In this document: piece after piece, positions 50,380-63,902 of the stretch | Position numbering within the stretch: the stretch's first letter is position 1 | Layout of the letters: each line of letters opens with the position of its first letter | Source: Octopus sinensis | Lineage: Eukaryota | Direction of reading: 5' to 3' | Assembly: GCF_006345805.1 (NCBI RefSeq) | Contig: NC_042997.1 | Span: forward strand, 163,432,001-163,496,000 | DNA length: 64,000 nt | The notes under the pieces: model-generated | The model's input: only the letters and a program-made list of their open reading frames with translations | Told to the model about the DNA's origin: nothing | Databases searched by the model: none | Position numbers and translations under genes: made by a program

Positions 50380-51233
50380 GCCACTCCCAAACTGTTGAAG
50401 GAATCCGGAGTAGAGGTAGACCTAGGAAGACATGGGATGAGGTGGTCAAGCATGACCTTCGTACATTGGGCCTCACAGAGGCTATGACAAAAGACTGAGA
50501 TCTCTGGAGATATGCTGTGACTGCGAAGACCTTACAAATGAAGTGAGTTCATGGCTTGCAGGACAGCTTGCTGTGCTAACCTTGGATTGTAGGACGACCT
50601 GCTGTGCTTGAGGAGACCTATTGAGTGAAGTACATCAACATCAAAATAAAAATCAAATGGATATTGTAGTTGTGATACCTGTGCCAATGGCACATTGGGC
50701 CTCACAGTGGAAATGATGAAAGACCGAGACCTCTGAGATATGCTGTAACTGCGATGACCTGACAAATGAAGTGAGTTCATAGCTCGCAGGATGACCTGCT
50801 GTGCTAACCTTGGATTGTAGAGTGACTCGTTGTGCTTGAGGAGACCTATTGAGTCAAGTATGTCAACACCAACATCAAAATAAAAATCAAATGGAAATTG
50901 TAGTTATGATACCTGTGCCAGTGGCATGTAAAAAGCACCATCCCAACGTGGCTGATGCCAGTGCCGCCTGACTGGCATCCGTGTCGGTGACACGTAAAAA
51001 GCACCAACCGATCATGGCCATTTGCCAGCCTCCTCTGGTCCCTGTGCCAGTGGCACATAAAAAGCACCCACTACACTCACAGAGTGGTTGGCATTATGAA
51101 GGGCATCCAGTTGTAGAAACAGTGCTAGGTCAGAATGGAGCCTGGCGCAGCCTTCTGGCTTCCCAGACCCCGGTCAAACCATCCAACCCATGCTAGCATG
51201 GAAAACGGACGTTAAACGATGATGATGATGATG
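50380..51233 (+). mobile_element. RTE 3' fragment with internal ~229-bp tandem duplication, followed by (GAA)n at 51236-51313
   Basis: RGRPRKTWDEVVKHDLR; CATTGGGCCTCACAG at 50464 and 50693; (GAT)n tail. Confidence 0.85.
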
Positions 51234-51669
51234 GTGAAGAAGAAGAAGAAGAAGAAGGAGAAGGAGAAGAAGAAGAAGAAGAAGAAGAAGAAGAAGAAGA
51301 AGAAGAAGAAGAACTCTTGCTGGTTATTCATAAACTTTCAGGAAATATCATCCAAACCTTGGCATTAGAGAAGAGGAAGCAGGAAAATGGTTCTAGGAAT
51401 TTGAAAGAATTCTTATTAACTTGTAAGAATTTAACATAAAGATTAACTTCTCCCTGCTATTCCTTTTTTCCTATCTAAGAGGTGATGGAAAGACTAAGAA
51501 AACTGCTTAGATTCAAAGAAAAAGAAGAAAAGTCTAATAACTTGTGGAATGTGTTCTCCTTTACTGAAACCACTTGAATACAATTTGATCTCTTCAAATA
51601 TTGAAATGATTAAGTTAGGGTCTGTCCTATTGAAAAGAAAGAAGCAGTCATATTTTTTGACATTGGTTT

Positions 51670-51922
51670 GGCATGGCTGTGTGGTTAAGAAGCTCACTTT
51701 GCAACCATGTTGTTTTGGATTCAGTCCCACTGCACGGCACCTTGTTAAGTGTTGTCTGTTTTAGCTCTGAGGTCATCAATGCCTTGTGAGTGAATTTAAT
51801 TGATAGAAACTGTTTGGAAGCCCATTGCACATGTATGTATGTATGTATGTATGTATGTATGTATGTATGTATGTATGTATGTATGTATGTATGTATGTAT
51901 GTATGTATGTGTGTGTGTGTGT

Positions 51923-51967
<45 letters not shown>

Positions 51968-52170
51968 ATGTGTCTTTGTGTTTGTTCTTCCCCACTGCTT
52001 CACAACTAGTGTTGGTTTGTTTGCTCATGCCCTTTAATTTAGTGGTTAGCAAAATGGACAATAAGTACCAAGCTTAAAAAAATAAATACTGGGGTCAATT
52101 TTTTCAACTAAACCCTTCAAGGCAGTGCCCCAGCATGGCCACCAGTCCAATGAATGAATGAAACAAATAG
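51670..52170 (+). mobile_element. Family-B SINE with expanded (GTAT)n/(GT)n centre
   Basis: Family-B head and tail blocks. Confidence 0.75.
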
Positions 52171-52438
52171 AGTTGTTCAGTTCCAATCATTTTTTTTTAT
52201 TTTTAGAAGTCTGAGCAGTCACATAGAGGGCAAACTAAAAAAATACCCTTTTTTTGGTCACTCAGTTTACAAGAAATAGCAGTCAAGTTTCCCTCAAATT
52301 ATATTCTACCATCTTGAAAAAGGAGGTATGCATTGGATAGTCTTAGATATACAAAGAATCAAGAATAAAGATGTTGATAAGTCTTTGGTGAGACTGGTCT
52401 AAAGAAACCTCACAAAACTTAAACTTTTTCTGCTCAGT

Positions 52439-52565
<127 letters not shown>

Positions 52566-53917
52566 TATTTCTTTATTCACCATAAGGTTGAGAAAAAGAG
52601 GGGACAAAACAAACGTTGGGGTCAGGGTATCGAATGAGACGAAACATGAATAAACAAACAATTAATATATATACAATTAAATGAGAATGAGTGATTAACA
52701 AAAAATGAAGCGGAGGACGCGGTCGACCCCACAAACCACATACTCACACTGAAGACTTTGCTTTATCCTTTTTTACATTCTCGATTAAACAGGTTCTTTC
52801 ACTCGCAACATACTTGCTATAGACTTCCATCTTTTACGAAACACACTTTGCGACAGGCATTTCTTCTCCAGCCTTATTTTTCGTTTCATGTGGAAAACGA
52901 AAAAGTCGATTAGCTCGAGACTGGAGATAAACATGCCTGTTGCAATTCCTTTTACTCTCGTCTTCCACACTACTTCTTTCGCCATAGCAACTACCGAAAG
53001 AAAACAGGCTCGCTCCTCCCTATTCAGGAAGGTCGGCGGAACTATCTTAATTACAGATTCGCTCGACAGTTGTACTCTTCTCGAATGCAACAGCAGGTGT
53101 TCGACATAGGTCCAGAGTTCAGTCACCTTGGGGCATTGCACAATCGCGTGCAGGACAGTTTCACTGTCCCTCTTACATCTTGCACAAACCGGCGAAGGTG
53201 CACACCCATGTCTAAAGAGCTTATCTCGAACCGGTAAAGCTCCTCTGTAACATTGCCAGGCCAGGGACTTTTGGTAATTATCCATAGGCCCCGGACCGAA
53301 TGTTCTTTGGAACAGGCTGGCCAGTTGATTTTCGTCGAAGCCCAGAGTTTCTCCTAGGATGTCGTCACACTTAAACTCTACTAACCCTCTATAGAAGAAC
53401 GCAGTAGTAGCCCCGCCACCGGCGTTGCCTGACTGGGAGAGAAGCACGAGTGCCTGATAGCACTCTGCATGCCACATGCCCAACCTCGGTCTACACTTGA
53501 TCCATGGGTTCAGTTCGTTAAACGGTGTGAACTGTGGAAATAACAGCTTGACAAACGGAGACCACACCTGCTCACCGTCCAGGTAAATCCAGAGGTGCCT
53601 AAGCCTGAGCGCATGTCTGCGCATTTTTAGCCACGGCATCCCTAACCCACCCTTCAGCGGCTTTTGGCAGCAAATAGAGCACCTTACAAAAGGTCTGCTG
53701 CCCCTCCACAAAAAGCGAAAGAGCATGCGTTCCAGTTTGTTCAGCCACGAATCGGGGCAAGGCACTACGGTTAGGCGGTAAGTGATTACAGAGGCGATAA
53801 ACACTTCTGTAACCTCCGCCTTCCCTTTCAAGGACAGATTCCGCTCAGACCATGTCTGAGTTAGGAGAGCCACCTTTCTCGCCACCTCGCTCCAGTTCTT
53901 CTCTATCTGGAGATCTT
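52566..53917 (-). mobile_element. 5'-truncated Tx1/L1-clade LINE inserted within a (GA/TC)n microsatellite
   Basis: Uninterrupted ORF2 C-terminus, 3'UTR ending AATAAAGAAATA; (GA)n at 52443-52565 and 53918-53943. Confidence 0.88.
52785..53885 (-). CDS. Tx1/L1-type ORF2 C-terminal part with zf-RVT zinc knuckle (open to ~53915, 5' truncated)
   Basis: WSERNLSLKGK, FRFLW, KGGLGMP, LPVRDKL, CARC...ETVLHAIVQC motifs. Confidence 0.85.
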   Translation of the reverse strand: MARKVALLTQTWSERNLSLKGKAEVTEVFIASVITYRLTVVPCPDSWLNKLERMLFRFLWRGSRPFVRCSICCQKPLKGGLGMPWLKMRRHALRLRHLWIYLDGEQVWSPFVKLLFPQFTPFNELNPWIKCRPRLGMWHAECYQALVLLSQSGNAGGGATTAFFYRGLVEFKCDDILGETLGFDENQLASLFQRTFGPGPMDNYQKSLAWQCYRGALPVRDKLFRHGCAPSPVCARCKRDSETVLHAIVQCPKVTELWTYVEHLLLHSRRVQLSSESVIKIVPPTFLNREERACFLSVVAMAKEVVWKTRVKGIATGMFISSLELIDFFVFHMKRKIRLEKKCLSQSVFRKRWKSIASMLRVKEPV

Positions 53918-54082
53918 AGAGAGAAAGAGAGAGAGAGAGAGAGGAAGCAATACCAGCAGAAATGTCTGAATGGATGTGTGAAACTGCCATAGCATAAGTG
54001 TAAACTACTCAATAATTCAAGACATGTACTTATGCTCAAACACACATTTTTATGCTCACCAACACACTCTCATGCTCATATA

Positions 54083-54314
54083 TATTTCTTTACTGCCCAC
54101 AAAGGGCTAAACATAGAGGGGACAAACAAGGACAGACAAAGGGATTAAGTCGATTACATCGACCCCAGTGTGTAATTGGTACTTTATTTATCGACCCCGA
54201 AAGGATGAAAGGCAAAGTCGACCTTGTCGGAATTTGAACTCACAATGTAACGACAGACGAAATACCGCTAAGCATTTTGCCCAGCGCACTAACGTGTCTG
54301 CCAGCTCGCCGCCT
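54083..54314 (-). mobile_element. Family-A SINE with Tx1-like tail
   Basis: Tail (minus strand) TTTGTCCCCTCTATGTTTAGCCCTTTGTGGGCAGTAAAGAAATA. Confidence 0.88.
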
Positions 54315-54482
54315 CATATATTTTAACTTAAAGATACTATGAGTGTTCAGTTTGTACCAATAATGTTCATCTGAACAAGCATAAAGCAAAATATATCTAA
54401 GACAGAAGATTGACGATTGATCTTCCAAAGCGTGTCACTTGTCTTTTCAAGTTGAGGGCATCAACAATATGAGTTTCTATAT

Positions 54483-55125
54483 CAGTGATTCTCAACCATT
54501 TTTCCCTACAGATCTCTTTGATTCCTATCTTGCTTTGGTGAACCCTCATAATCATTTGATGTTTAAAAAATGCTATTATATTTTTATAAATAACCTGTTA
54601 TCATTTAAACCGGCCATATCCACTCTGCTGGGTGGTTGGTGTTAGGAAGAGCATCCAGCCATAAAAACTATGCCAAAACAGACACAGAAGTTTGGTGCAG
54701 GCTCCTGTCAAACTGTCCAACCCATGCTAGCATGGAAGGCAGACTTTAAACAACGATGATGATGATGATATCCAGCCCAAATATTCTTCCTGTTTTATGT
54801 TCAAACTGACCAGATCCAACCTCTCACACCTACCCAACATTTGTCATTCTAAACATAAACAGTCACTTCAATGAAATCTGAAAGCTACTAGAAAATATAT
54901 GAGTAATTCAAAATAATATGAATGTATGAGCATAGCATCCTGGCGGCAGCGATGATGATGATGATACATATGACAGAATAATTTGAATACTAAAGGGTTA
55001 AATATTGTTAAGAATTGTATAGAAAAAGTGTTAAAATATTTTATTTATTGTAAAAGTATAACCAATTTATTGCGCATAAAATTTTAATCACAAACTCTTA
55101 TATGGACCCTGGTTGAGAACCTGTG
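54483..55125. mobile_element. hAT-type MITE containing a nested piggyBac-type MITE (~54590-55001), which contains an RTE-tail fragment (~54620-54768)
   Basis: CAGTGATTCTCAACC / GGTTGAGAACCTGTG with TSD (T/C)TCTATAT; inner end TACTAAAGGGTTAA. Confidence 0.65.
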
Positions 55126-55341
55126 CTCTATATGGTTACTGAGTCTGCTAGAAATAGCAACCAAGTCTTCTTAAATTCGTGTGTTACTGTTTCATTGGAT
55201 ATTACAGTTGTAGATATACAAAGCAGTAATTGGATGGTCATGGCTGGAATACCTTTGATCATAGGTCTGCTCAGTCAGGATTGACTTGGGGTTAAGTAAG
55301 CTGAGTATATATATATATATATATATATATAATGATAAACG

Positions 55342-55645
55342 TCACCCTTTTCAAGCCTAGCCAGGCTCATGGGCTTGGTTTCCCAGTTTCTGTGGCATAA
55401 ATGTTCCCCCCAGCTGGATAGGATGCCAGTCCATTGCAGCATTACTCAAGAAACAGGAAGAGAGAGTGAGAGAAAGTTGTGGTGAAAGAGTACAACAGGG
55501 GTCGCTACCAACCCCTGCTGGAGCCTTGTGGAGCTTTTAGGTGTTTTCGCTCAATAAACACACACAATGCCCGGTCTGGGAATCAAAACCAGGATCCTCC
55601 GACCGCGAGTCCACTGCCCTAACCACTGGGTCATTGTGCCTCCAC

Positions 55646-55646
<1 letters not shown>
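55342..55646 (-). mobile_element. Family-C tRNA SINE
   Basis: Reverse complement of the 20486 head, with a different tail. Confidence 0.8.
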
Positions 55647-55676
<30 letters not shown>

Positions 55677-56194
55677 AAATTAGATTGATATTTCAGGAAA
55701 GTGAAGACTGTAGTATAGTAAATAAATAAGTTGAAAAGAATCTTGCTTGTAAAAATGAAAACCATCTGTACAATAACTTTTATTTTTAAAACTGCCATAC
55801 AATAACGCTCTTATCTTTACAAAATGTTTTTAATAAAAGATGGAATTTAGGTAATGTCTTTTGTTAATGAATCATTAAAAAAATATAAACAGCAGAATAG
55901 ATAATAAAACTGTAGTGAAATCTTTCAGTTTAATTTTATTTTCTGAGAAGCAAGTATCTTTGTTTGAAGTGTTTATCAATGAAAGTAACACGTAGAAAAA
56001 AAAGTGTTTATTGTGGATGATAAGTTAAGTACTGTTAAAAGAAATGTTTTATTTTCAAACCTGTGATATCTTTACTTTAATGTAAATGATTCATGACAAA
56101 TTGGAATTTAACGGGCAATTTGCAGTTGTTTTGGTAAGTGTTACTTGATAGTATATATTTATGATAGTATTGTATACCTGTGACTTTTTTTAAT

Positions 56195-56772
56195 TTTCAC
56201 TTGCTTCAGTCATTGAACTTTCATGTTGGAGCATTGCTTTGAAAGGTTTAAGTTGAACCAAAAAATGACATCTGGTACACATTTTTAAAGTCTGGTACTT
56301 ATTCTATTGGTCTCTTTTGCTGAACTGTTAATTTACTGGGATGTAAACAAACCAACACTGGTTGTCAAGTGGTGGTGGTGGAAGACATGCACACACATGA
56401 TGAGCTTTCATACAGTTTCTCTCTAACAAATTCACTCCCAAGGCATTGGACAGGCTGGGGCTATAGAAGACACCTGCCTAATGTGCTACATAGTGGAACT
56501 GAACCCAAAACCATGTGGTAGTAAAACGAGCTTCTTAACCACATAGTTATGCTTGCGCCTATCTTTGTCTCACTTGTTTCAGTCATTAGACAGCAGCCAT
56601 GCTGGGGCACCGCCTTGAAGAACTTTTTAATCAAATGAATTGATTCTAAGTCTGGTACTAATTCTATCAGTCTCTTTTGCCAAACTGCTAAGTTACAGGA
56701 TAAAAACACTGGTTGTCTAGTGGTGGTGGAAAACAAACACAGACTCAAAGACAGACACACACACACACATCA

Positions 56773-56815
<43 letters not shown>

Positions 56816-57030
56816 TATATATACGTTGATTGATTAGATTGATTAAATATATATATAGACACATATACATACACACAATGGTCTTTCAGTTTCCATCCAC
56901 TGAGTCCACCCACAAAATTTTGGTTGGCCTAATGCTATAGTAGAAGCCTTTTGCTCAAGGTGCCATGCAGTAGGACTGAACCCAGAACCATGTGTTTAGG
57001 AAGCAAACTTCTTACTACACAACCACACAT
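56195..57030 (-). mobile_element. Two adjacent family-B SINEs
   Basis: Repeated family-B blocks ~56195-56560 and ~56570-57030. Confidence 0.75.
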
Positions 57031-57758
57031 GTAGTTAATCTAATGGTAGTAGATTTTCTTTAACAATGTTTTTGCATGCCAGTGGTTCTAAAACAGTATG
57101 CTGAGGTAGGCATACTGTCATGTAGGGACTCCTAAAAAAATTTGGGTTGAGTGGAACATAACTATTTTCAGGTCCCAGGCTGGTGATGGTAGTGGGAAGT
57201 TTTCACAATATTCAAGAGTGAGAGGCCCTGAGGATAGTCATACACCCTTCTTTGGCTCTCTAGGTCCTGATCAATGTCATTGCTGAACCCTAACTTTCTT
57301 TGATCCTGTTGATGTGCAGCAAAATGTAGCTAGATAAACTGCAAAATTTAATTTTAAAAATATGAAAAATAGATGATTAAATTCTAAAATTCATAAATTT
57401 GTTATATTTATTGAATAAAAAACTAAATACTTAAATTTTTGTAGTTTAATTTTACATATAATTTATAGGCTAAAATATATAAATATATTTTTATGATTCT
57501 CCTTTTTATTTTATGTCCAGTGTGTACTTTATATTTTTAATTGCTGTAAAGTGTGCTGTGAGTAAATAAAAAAAAAAATAAAAGTTCAGGAAGCCATGGG
57601 ATTGGATGACAACTCAAATATTTCAAATTTTTTTATTAACAAGTGTTCAAAAAATGAAGAGCTAAGTAAATAGAAATTTAAGCAAAAAGCAAGTTAATAT
57701 TTACATTATTTACATTATTTACATTCAACGGATATTTGTCCTCATCTTGTTTGTTGTT

Positions 57759-57804
57759 AACACAACGTTTTGGCTGATATTCCCTCCAGCCTTCTTCAGG
57801 TGTC
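57759..57804 (-). ncRNA. Minimal Penelope-type hammerhead relic
   Basis: Minus strand GACAC-CTGAAGA-A-GGCTG-loop-CAGCC-AAAA-CGTT-GTGTT (G12 lost, CpG-type change). Confidence 0.65.
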
Positions 57805-57851
57805 TTGGGGAAATTTCGAACCTGGGTTCTCATTCCAAAGGTATTCTTCGA

Positions 57852-57885
<34 letters not shown>

Positions 57886-59455
57886 GTTCAGGTCACTTAA
57901 CAATAATAATAATAATAAAATATCCGTCGTGAGGTGGATAATAATGTACATAATTCCTCATCTCTCACATATAGAACAAGTTAATGTTTGTTTGAATATT
58001 GAGTATTTTTACTAATGCTGATTAATTACTATATTATTGTAGTTGTTACTTTGCTGCAATAGACTTGTAATTTCAACTATGACATCCAAGCTTTTATTCA
58101 GATATAGATTTTTTTTCCAAGATTGTTTGGTGTGGAGGAAAAGGCTTTACCCTCTGAGAATGTTGAGTTTGATGTGGTTGATGTTCTTGAAAAAATTTTA
58201 ATCAATGACTGCAGAGAAAAAGCAGAGACTGAAGGGGAAGTATGGATGGGTGATATTTGGGGGAGAAAGGATTGAGTATAGTGGTTAATGTAGGATCTGA
58301 GGTTGGAGAGGCATAATCTGGATGGTGAAAGGGGAAGTGAGCCTTAGGGAAGGGAGCTTGAGATCTACTAGTTCTAAGAAACAGAACCCCTTGTAGTAGC
58401 AGAAAAGGTAGACTAAGAAGACATGCCCGAGGATTGGAGATTAAAGGTGTTGGCGACTTCATATGTTTTCCCTCTTATAAGATGATAGCAAAGGAGATAT
58501 GACTGCTATTTTTGGCAGTTTGAGTGATCACATAGAGTCTCTTTATTGGAGAATGAGCTAATAATAGTAGCATAATGGGTTGGGTTTGAGAGGGAAAGAA
58601 CTACTGCTTCTATTCACAATGATTGTGTTTGATCTTTTTTTTCCAGATGAAAGGCAGAATGTAGCATTAACTGAAGTCTATAAATATTAAACATGCTTTT
58701 CAGCTAAAGAGGGAGCTGTTATCTGGTTACTTGAAGTACTAGAGATAGCAGTCAAATCTTCATGTCAGGCCCCATTGTGTTTGGATAGTATAGTCCTGAT
58801 AACACTGTGTCTCAGTAAAAGATGAGATGGTCATGGTTAGAATGCCTTTGATCATACATTTATTTAATCATGACTGAACTGAGGCTAAACAATAACAACA
58901 TACAAAGCATTTGTGTGTGTATGGTGTTACCTAACAGCAATACATAGATAGTGAATTTAAAGGATGTGCAGCGAATGGAAAGAAATTAGACGAGCATAAT
59001 TATTTGGATGAATGATTTGAACTTCTGAGAATGGTTAAAGTACAAGCTAGTTAAGACAGCAACTAGATGTCAAAAGTACTTAGTTGATGTAGGCAGGTAA
59101 GATGACTATGGTTGGTATAAATGTGCAATGCAAATGAATGATGCATGTTGGGTTAAGTGTTGTAATTTAAATATGGTGTGTGTTCCCTTGAAAATGTAAA
59201 CCAAGTGAGGCTTATAAAATAGTTTACACAAGCTTGAAAATGTGTTGCTGAACAGATGATAGAGGCTTAGCAAGTATGATTAACTGTAAAATTAAAAGAA
59301 AAATGTGATGATGTACCAGTCTCTGTATTCTTTATAATTGTTTGAAATCTACACTCCTGATAATGTTCATAATCCAGGGAAGTGAACCTGAAGTAACCCC
59401 TCATAAAAATTACAACATGAATGCTAATATCAAGCAATTATTAACACTTATTACT

Positions 59456-59689
59456 TATTTCTTTATTGCCCACAAGGGGCTAAACATAGAGGGGACAAAT
59501 AAGGACAAACAAAGACAGAAAAAGGGATTAAGTCGATTACATTGACCCCAGTGCATAACTGGTACTTTATTTATCGATCCCGAAAGGATGAAAGGCAAAG
59601 TTGACCTTGGCAGAATTTGAACTCAGAACGTAACGACAGACAAAATACTGCTAAGCATTTCGCTAACGTTTCTGCCAGCTCGACACCTT
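59456..59689 (-). mobile_element. Family-A SINE with Tx1-like tail and ~20-bp TSD
   Basis: TTATTAACACTTATTACTTATT at 59438-59459 and 59688-59709. Confidence 0.88.
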
Positions 59690-59809
59690 ATTAACACTTA
59701 TTACTTATTAACACTTATTATTGATGCGGTTAGCCATAACCCAGAACATACCTGAGAGCTACCATGGTATTCACCTCAATAATTTATCCCTATACACTCA
59801 CCTTAAATA

Positions 59810-59845
<36 letters not shown>

Positions 59846-59891
59846 TGTATGTATGTATGTATGTATGCATGTATGTATGTATACATATATC

Positions 59892-60296
59892 AGGAGTGGC
59901 TGTGTGGTAAGTAGCTTGTTTACCAACCCCATGGTTCCGGGTTCAGTCCCACTGCGTGGCACCTTGGGCAAGTGTCTTCTACTATAGCCTCGGGCCGACC
60001 AAAGCCTTGTGAGTGGATTTGGTAGACGGAAACTGAAAGAAGCCCGTCGTATATATGTATATATATATATATATGCGTGTGTGTGTTTGTGTATCTGTGT
60101 TTGTCCCCCTAGCATTGCTTGACAACCGATGCTTGTGTGTTTATGTCCCCGTCACTTAGCGGTTCGGCAAAACAGACCGATAGAATAAGTACTGGGCTTA
60201 CAAAGAATAAGTCCCGGGGTCGAGTTGCTCGACTAAAGGCGGTGCTCCAGCATGGCCGCAGTCAAATGACTGAAACAAGTAAAAGAGTAAAAGAGT
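59892..60296 (+). mobile_element. Family-B CORE-like tRNA SINE, well preserved
   Basis: A box TGGCTGTGTGGT, B box GGTTCAGTCCC, CORE-like GCACCTTGGGCAAGTGTCTT, tail GTAAAAGAGTAAAAGAG; partial copies ~60340-60530(-), 60838-60995(+). Confidence 0.88.
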
Positions 60297-61431
60297 ATAT
60301 ATATATTATATATATATATATAATATATATATATATATGGTACAACAGGCTTCTTTCATACGACATGCAACATACAACAGGCTTCTTTCAGTTTCTGTCT
60401 ACCAAATTTACTAACAAAGCTTTGGTTAGTCCAAGGCTATAGTGGAAGACACTTATCCAAGATGCCATGATTGGAGACTGAATCTAGAACCATGTGGTTG
60501 AGAAGCAAACTACTTATCACACACCCACTCCAGTTTAGTTTACCACTTATTTACAACTATGTTGAATTTAGCAAAAACCTATCCTTTTTTTTTTTTCCAA
60601 AAATGCAGTAACTCTTTAGAAGTGAGTTTGATATAAATCAGACATTGTGCCATTGACCTGCTTATTAAGAATCTGTATCTGTTGTTGATTTGCCACAATG
60701 TTATTCAATGTCTGTTGTTAATTATTATACTGATGAACAGAATGTTAATTCGAGATGAATGCCTGACAACCCAGAATACTGGAGAAGGTGAGATGTTTAT
60801 ATTTTCCAGATTGGATCCTATTTTAATATAGAAGGTGCAGGCATGACTGTGTGGTTAAGAAGCTTGCTTTCCAAATATTTGATCTCGGGTTCAGTCCCAC
60901 TGCACAGCACCTTGAGTAAGTATCTTCTACTATAGTCCTGGATTGTTCAAAACCTTTTGAGTAGATTTGGTAGATGGAAACTGAAAGAAGTTCATTGTTT
61001 ATATAAAACAATGATGATGACGATGACGATGACGATGACGATGATGATGATGGTGATGATGTCTTACTTAGGTACAAGGCCAAAAAGTAAGGATAGGTGG
61101 AGTGCAGAACAAGAGATGCAACATCTTATGAGTTTAGCTGTGCTATTACATTAAAGCTTCAATAGATAGATATCCTTCTCACTTGCTTCATGCTCTTTCT
61201 TGATGGGGCTGGGGTCATTCAAGGTTAGTGGTCCCAGAGGCGTCATAATACATACAGCTGACCAGGTCCACTAGTGCTTCCTATCACTAGCAGTCTCATG
61301 CCAGCCACCTCTACATCCTCCAGGATGATGTCAAGCCTCTGGATTAATCACATCTGGTCATGTAAAAGTGTCAGTTACTTTTTCTGCAGCCAGCTCTTTA
61401 ATCTTTTGACAAGATTATTTTAAATCATGCT

Positions 61432-61479
<48 letters not shown>

Positions 61480-61509
61480 ACCTTCTCACCAAATTCATGA
61501 ACGAGGAGG

Positions 61510-62066
61510 GATTTTTGTTGTTTGTTCCTTCTCGAGCCACGCCTGGCTCATGAGGGCTGGTTTCCTTGGCGTATAGGTTCCCTACCTGGACGGGACGCCA
61601 GCCTGTTGCAGGTGAGCTGCAAGATGCAGGAGGAAAGAGTGAGTGAAAGTTGTGGCAAAAGAGTCAGCAGAAGTTCGCCAATACCTTCTGCCGGAGCTGC
61701 ATGGAGCTTAGGTGTTTCGCTCATAAACACACACATCACCCAGTCTGAGATTCGAACCTGCGACCCCTCGACCACGAGTCCGTTGCTCTAAACCTCAGGC
61801 CATATGTCTCCACACATAAATAAATAAATGTGCCCTTTTAAAGCCTAGCCAGGCTCATGGGCCCGGTTTCCTGGTTTCTATAGCATATGTGTTCCCCAGC
61901 TGGATGGGACGCCAGTCCATCACAGCGTTACTCATTTTTGCCAGCTGAGTGGACTGGAGCAAAGTGTTTTGCTCAAGAACACAACGCATTGCCCGGTCCA
62001 GGAATTGAAACCACAACCTTACAATCATGGTGCTGACACCCTAACCACTAAGTCACGCGCCTCCAC
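61510..62066 (-). mobile_element. Two adjacent family-C-related SINEs
   Basis: Shared AGCCTAGCCAGGCTCATGGG / GGGACGCCAG blocks and tRNA-like heads. Confidence 0.75.
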
Positions 62067-63902
62067 TGAGGAGGGATTTGACTTAGTATATATCTTATTC
62101 TCTTAGCATCATTACCATTGTTAAAAACATCCCTGTCACTATTGACACTCTTTCTTACTGCTTAACATCTATGTGTTTTGTTCAGTGACAGAGAGGGTGT
62201 AGTGCAAGTCTATTTTTTTATCATTAACTCTGGACATGTTTTAATCATATTAGACCTCATCTGTAAAGCTTAGTCTCAACATAGTTCATTAACATTATGT
62301 CTTGTTATAATGATTCAAACTATGGAAGATCACAGAGCTCAGTAGTTCATATCCTGACATCAACACTAACCAAGAGTCTTTAATTCTGCTCAAATAAACA
62401 AGGTTGCTTGTATATTGTCATTCAACCTGCTAGAAATAGCAGCCAAATCTTTTTGAAGAAAGTTCAAAATTCTGTCAGAAATTTGGCCTCAGAAATAGTT
62501 GTGTGACAAACTGCATTTTGTAAAGTATATAGTTCATTTCAGTTTCAGCATCCTATTTATAATCACATTGATGATGATAGCAGAATGTATCATTTTCCCA
62601 TATATACTCTTTTAAATGAAAAGAAATAGAGTTTAGCACGGGTGAAGGAAGTTTCTGCTTTTGTAATTAGAATTACTAACATTGGAGTCCATTGGGTTCA
62701 ATTTGGCTGTTAATGTAGCATTAAGTTTGTTAATTGGAATAACTTATGAAAATAAAATTGTTGTTTGTCAATTCTCAAAAAAAAAAAAAGTAGTTGAGAA
62801 AAATCTATAGTTTCATAAAATTATTAAACAAATTGATTTGATGAATAAATAAGCACACAAAACATAAAGTGAACATTTCACAGATGTTTCATTTTTTTTT
62901 ATCTTAACTTTAGAGGAATTAAAATGTGTTTCTCTCTCTCACTCACACTTGTGAGTTGTGAATAGGCAATTTCCTGATATGCTTTGTTTAATAGGAGTGT
63001 ATGTTTATAGGAAGGAGGGAGTTGCTTTTGGAAAAGGGATGTTAGAAAATTAAAGCATCCTGCTTTAAAACTGTAAAATTCACGAGAGTTCTGATGAAAT
63101 TGTACTGGCATGAGTTTGTCAAATCAATAAATTGCTAACTTTTTTTTGCAATAAGATGTGTTGCTTAATATGTTCATGGAAAAAAAAAAGATAATGTAAG
63201 GAAAAGAAGTGAAAATAACTTTGTGAGCTGATTCCAAATAATCTAATTTATCAAATATTTTTTTTTTTTGTCTAGATGAAGCTATTATTATTTTTTTGAA
63301 AGTAACTTCTTCACTGGTGCCAACCTTTTAGCTTTATGAATATTAGCAAAGTTTGTGACTCAAGTTTTTTTCGTGTCAAATGAGTCAGATTCCTTTAAGA
63401 GACTGTAACATCATGTTGAGTCTCTCTCAAAGAAGTGTGTGCAAGGTAGTTAAATTCATTAAATTTTGAAAAACATTTGCAATAATATTGAAGATGATAA
63501 TTAAAATTTGATGATGGAATTTTTGTCTCTTGACAGTTTTCATTCATTCTTTCATAGTTGATAGTGACCTAGCAAAGAACAAACAAACAAAATAAAAACA
63601 TCAACAAGAAAAACAGGTAAAAATGCATTTTTTTTCTTTCTTAGTATTGGAGATAAAAATAGTATTTTCATTAAAATTCTTCTCAGCATATCTGTGAGAG
63701 TTCTCTGTTTTCTCTGTATGAATAATTTTCCTGCTAGATAGTAACCCACTAGTTTGCAGTAATATAACACTACACAACATACTTGATGTTGAAATTATGT
63801 TTTTATTTCTTTTTTAACTCTGCTGTGCTTTGCTGCATACTAAGGGGTGACCAAATCTGATGAGCTACTACTGCTCACAAAGGTATCCCAGGTACAAACT
63901 CA

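Noticed and set aside
63856-63890. CTGATGA followed by a small hairpin as a hammerhead
   Set aside because: No GAAA or stem I/III partner; lies just past the probable stop codon
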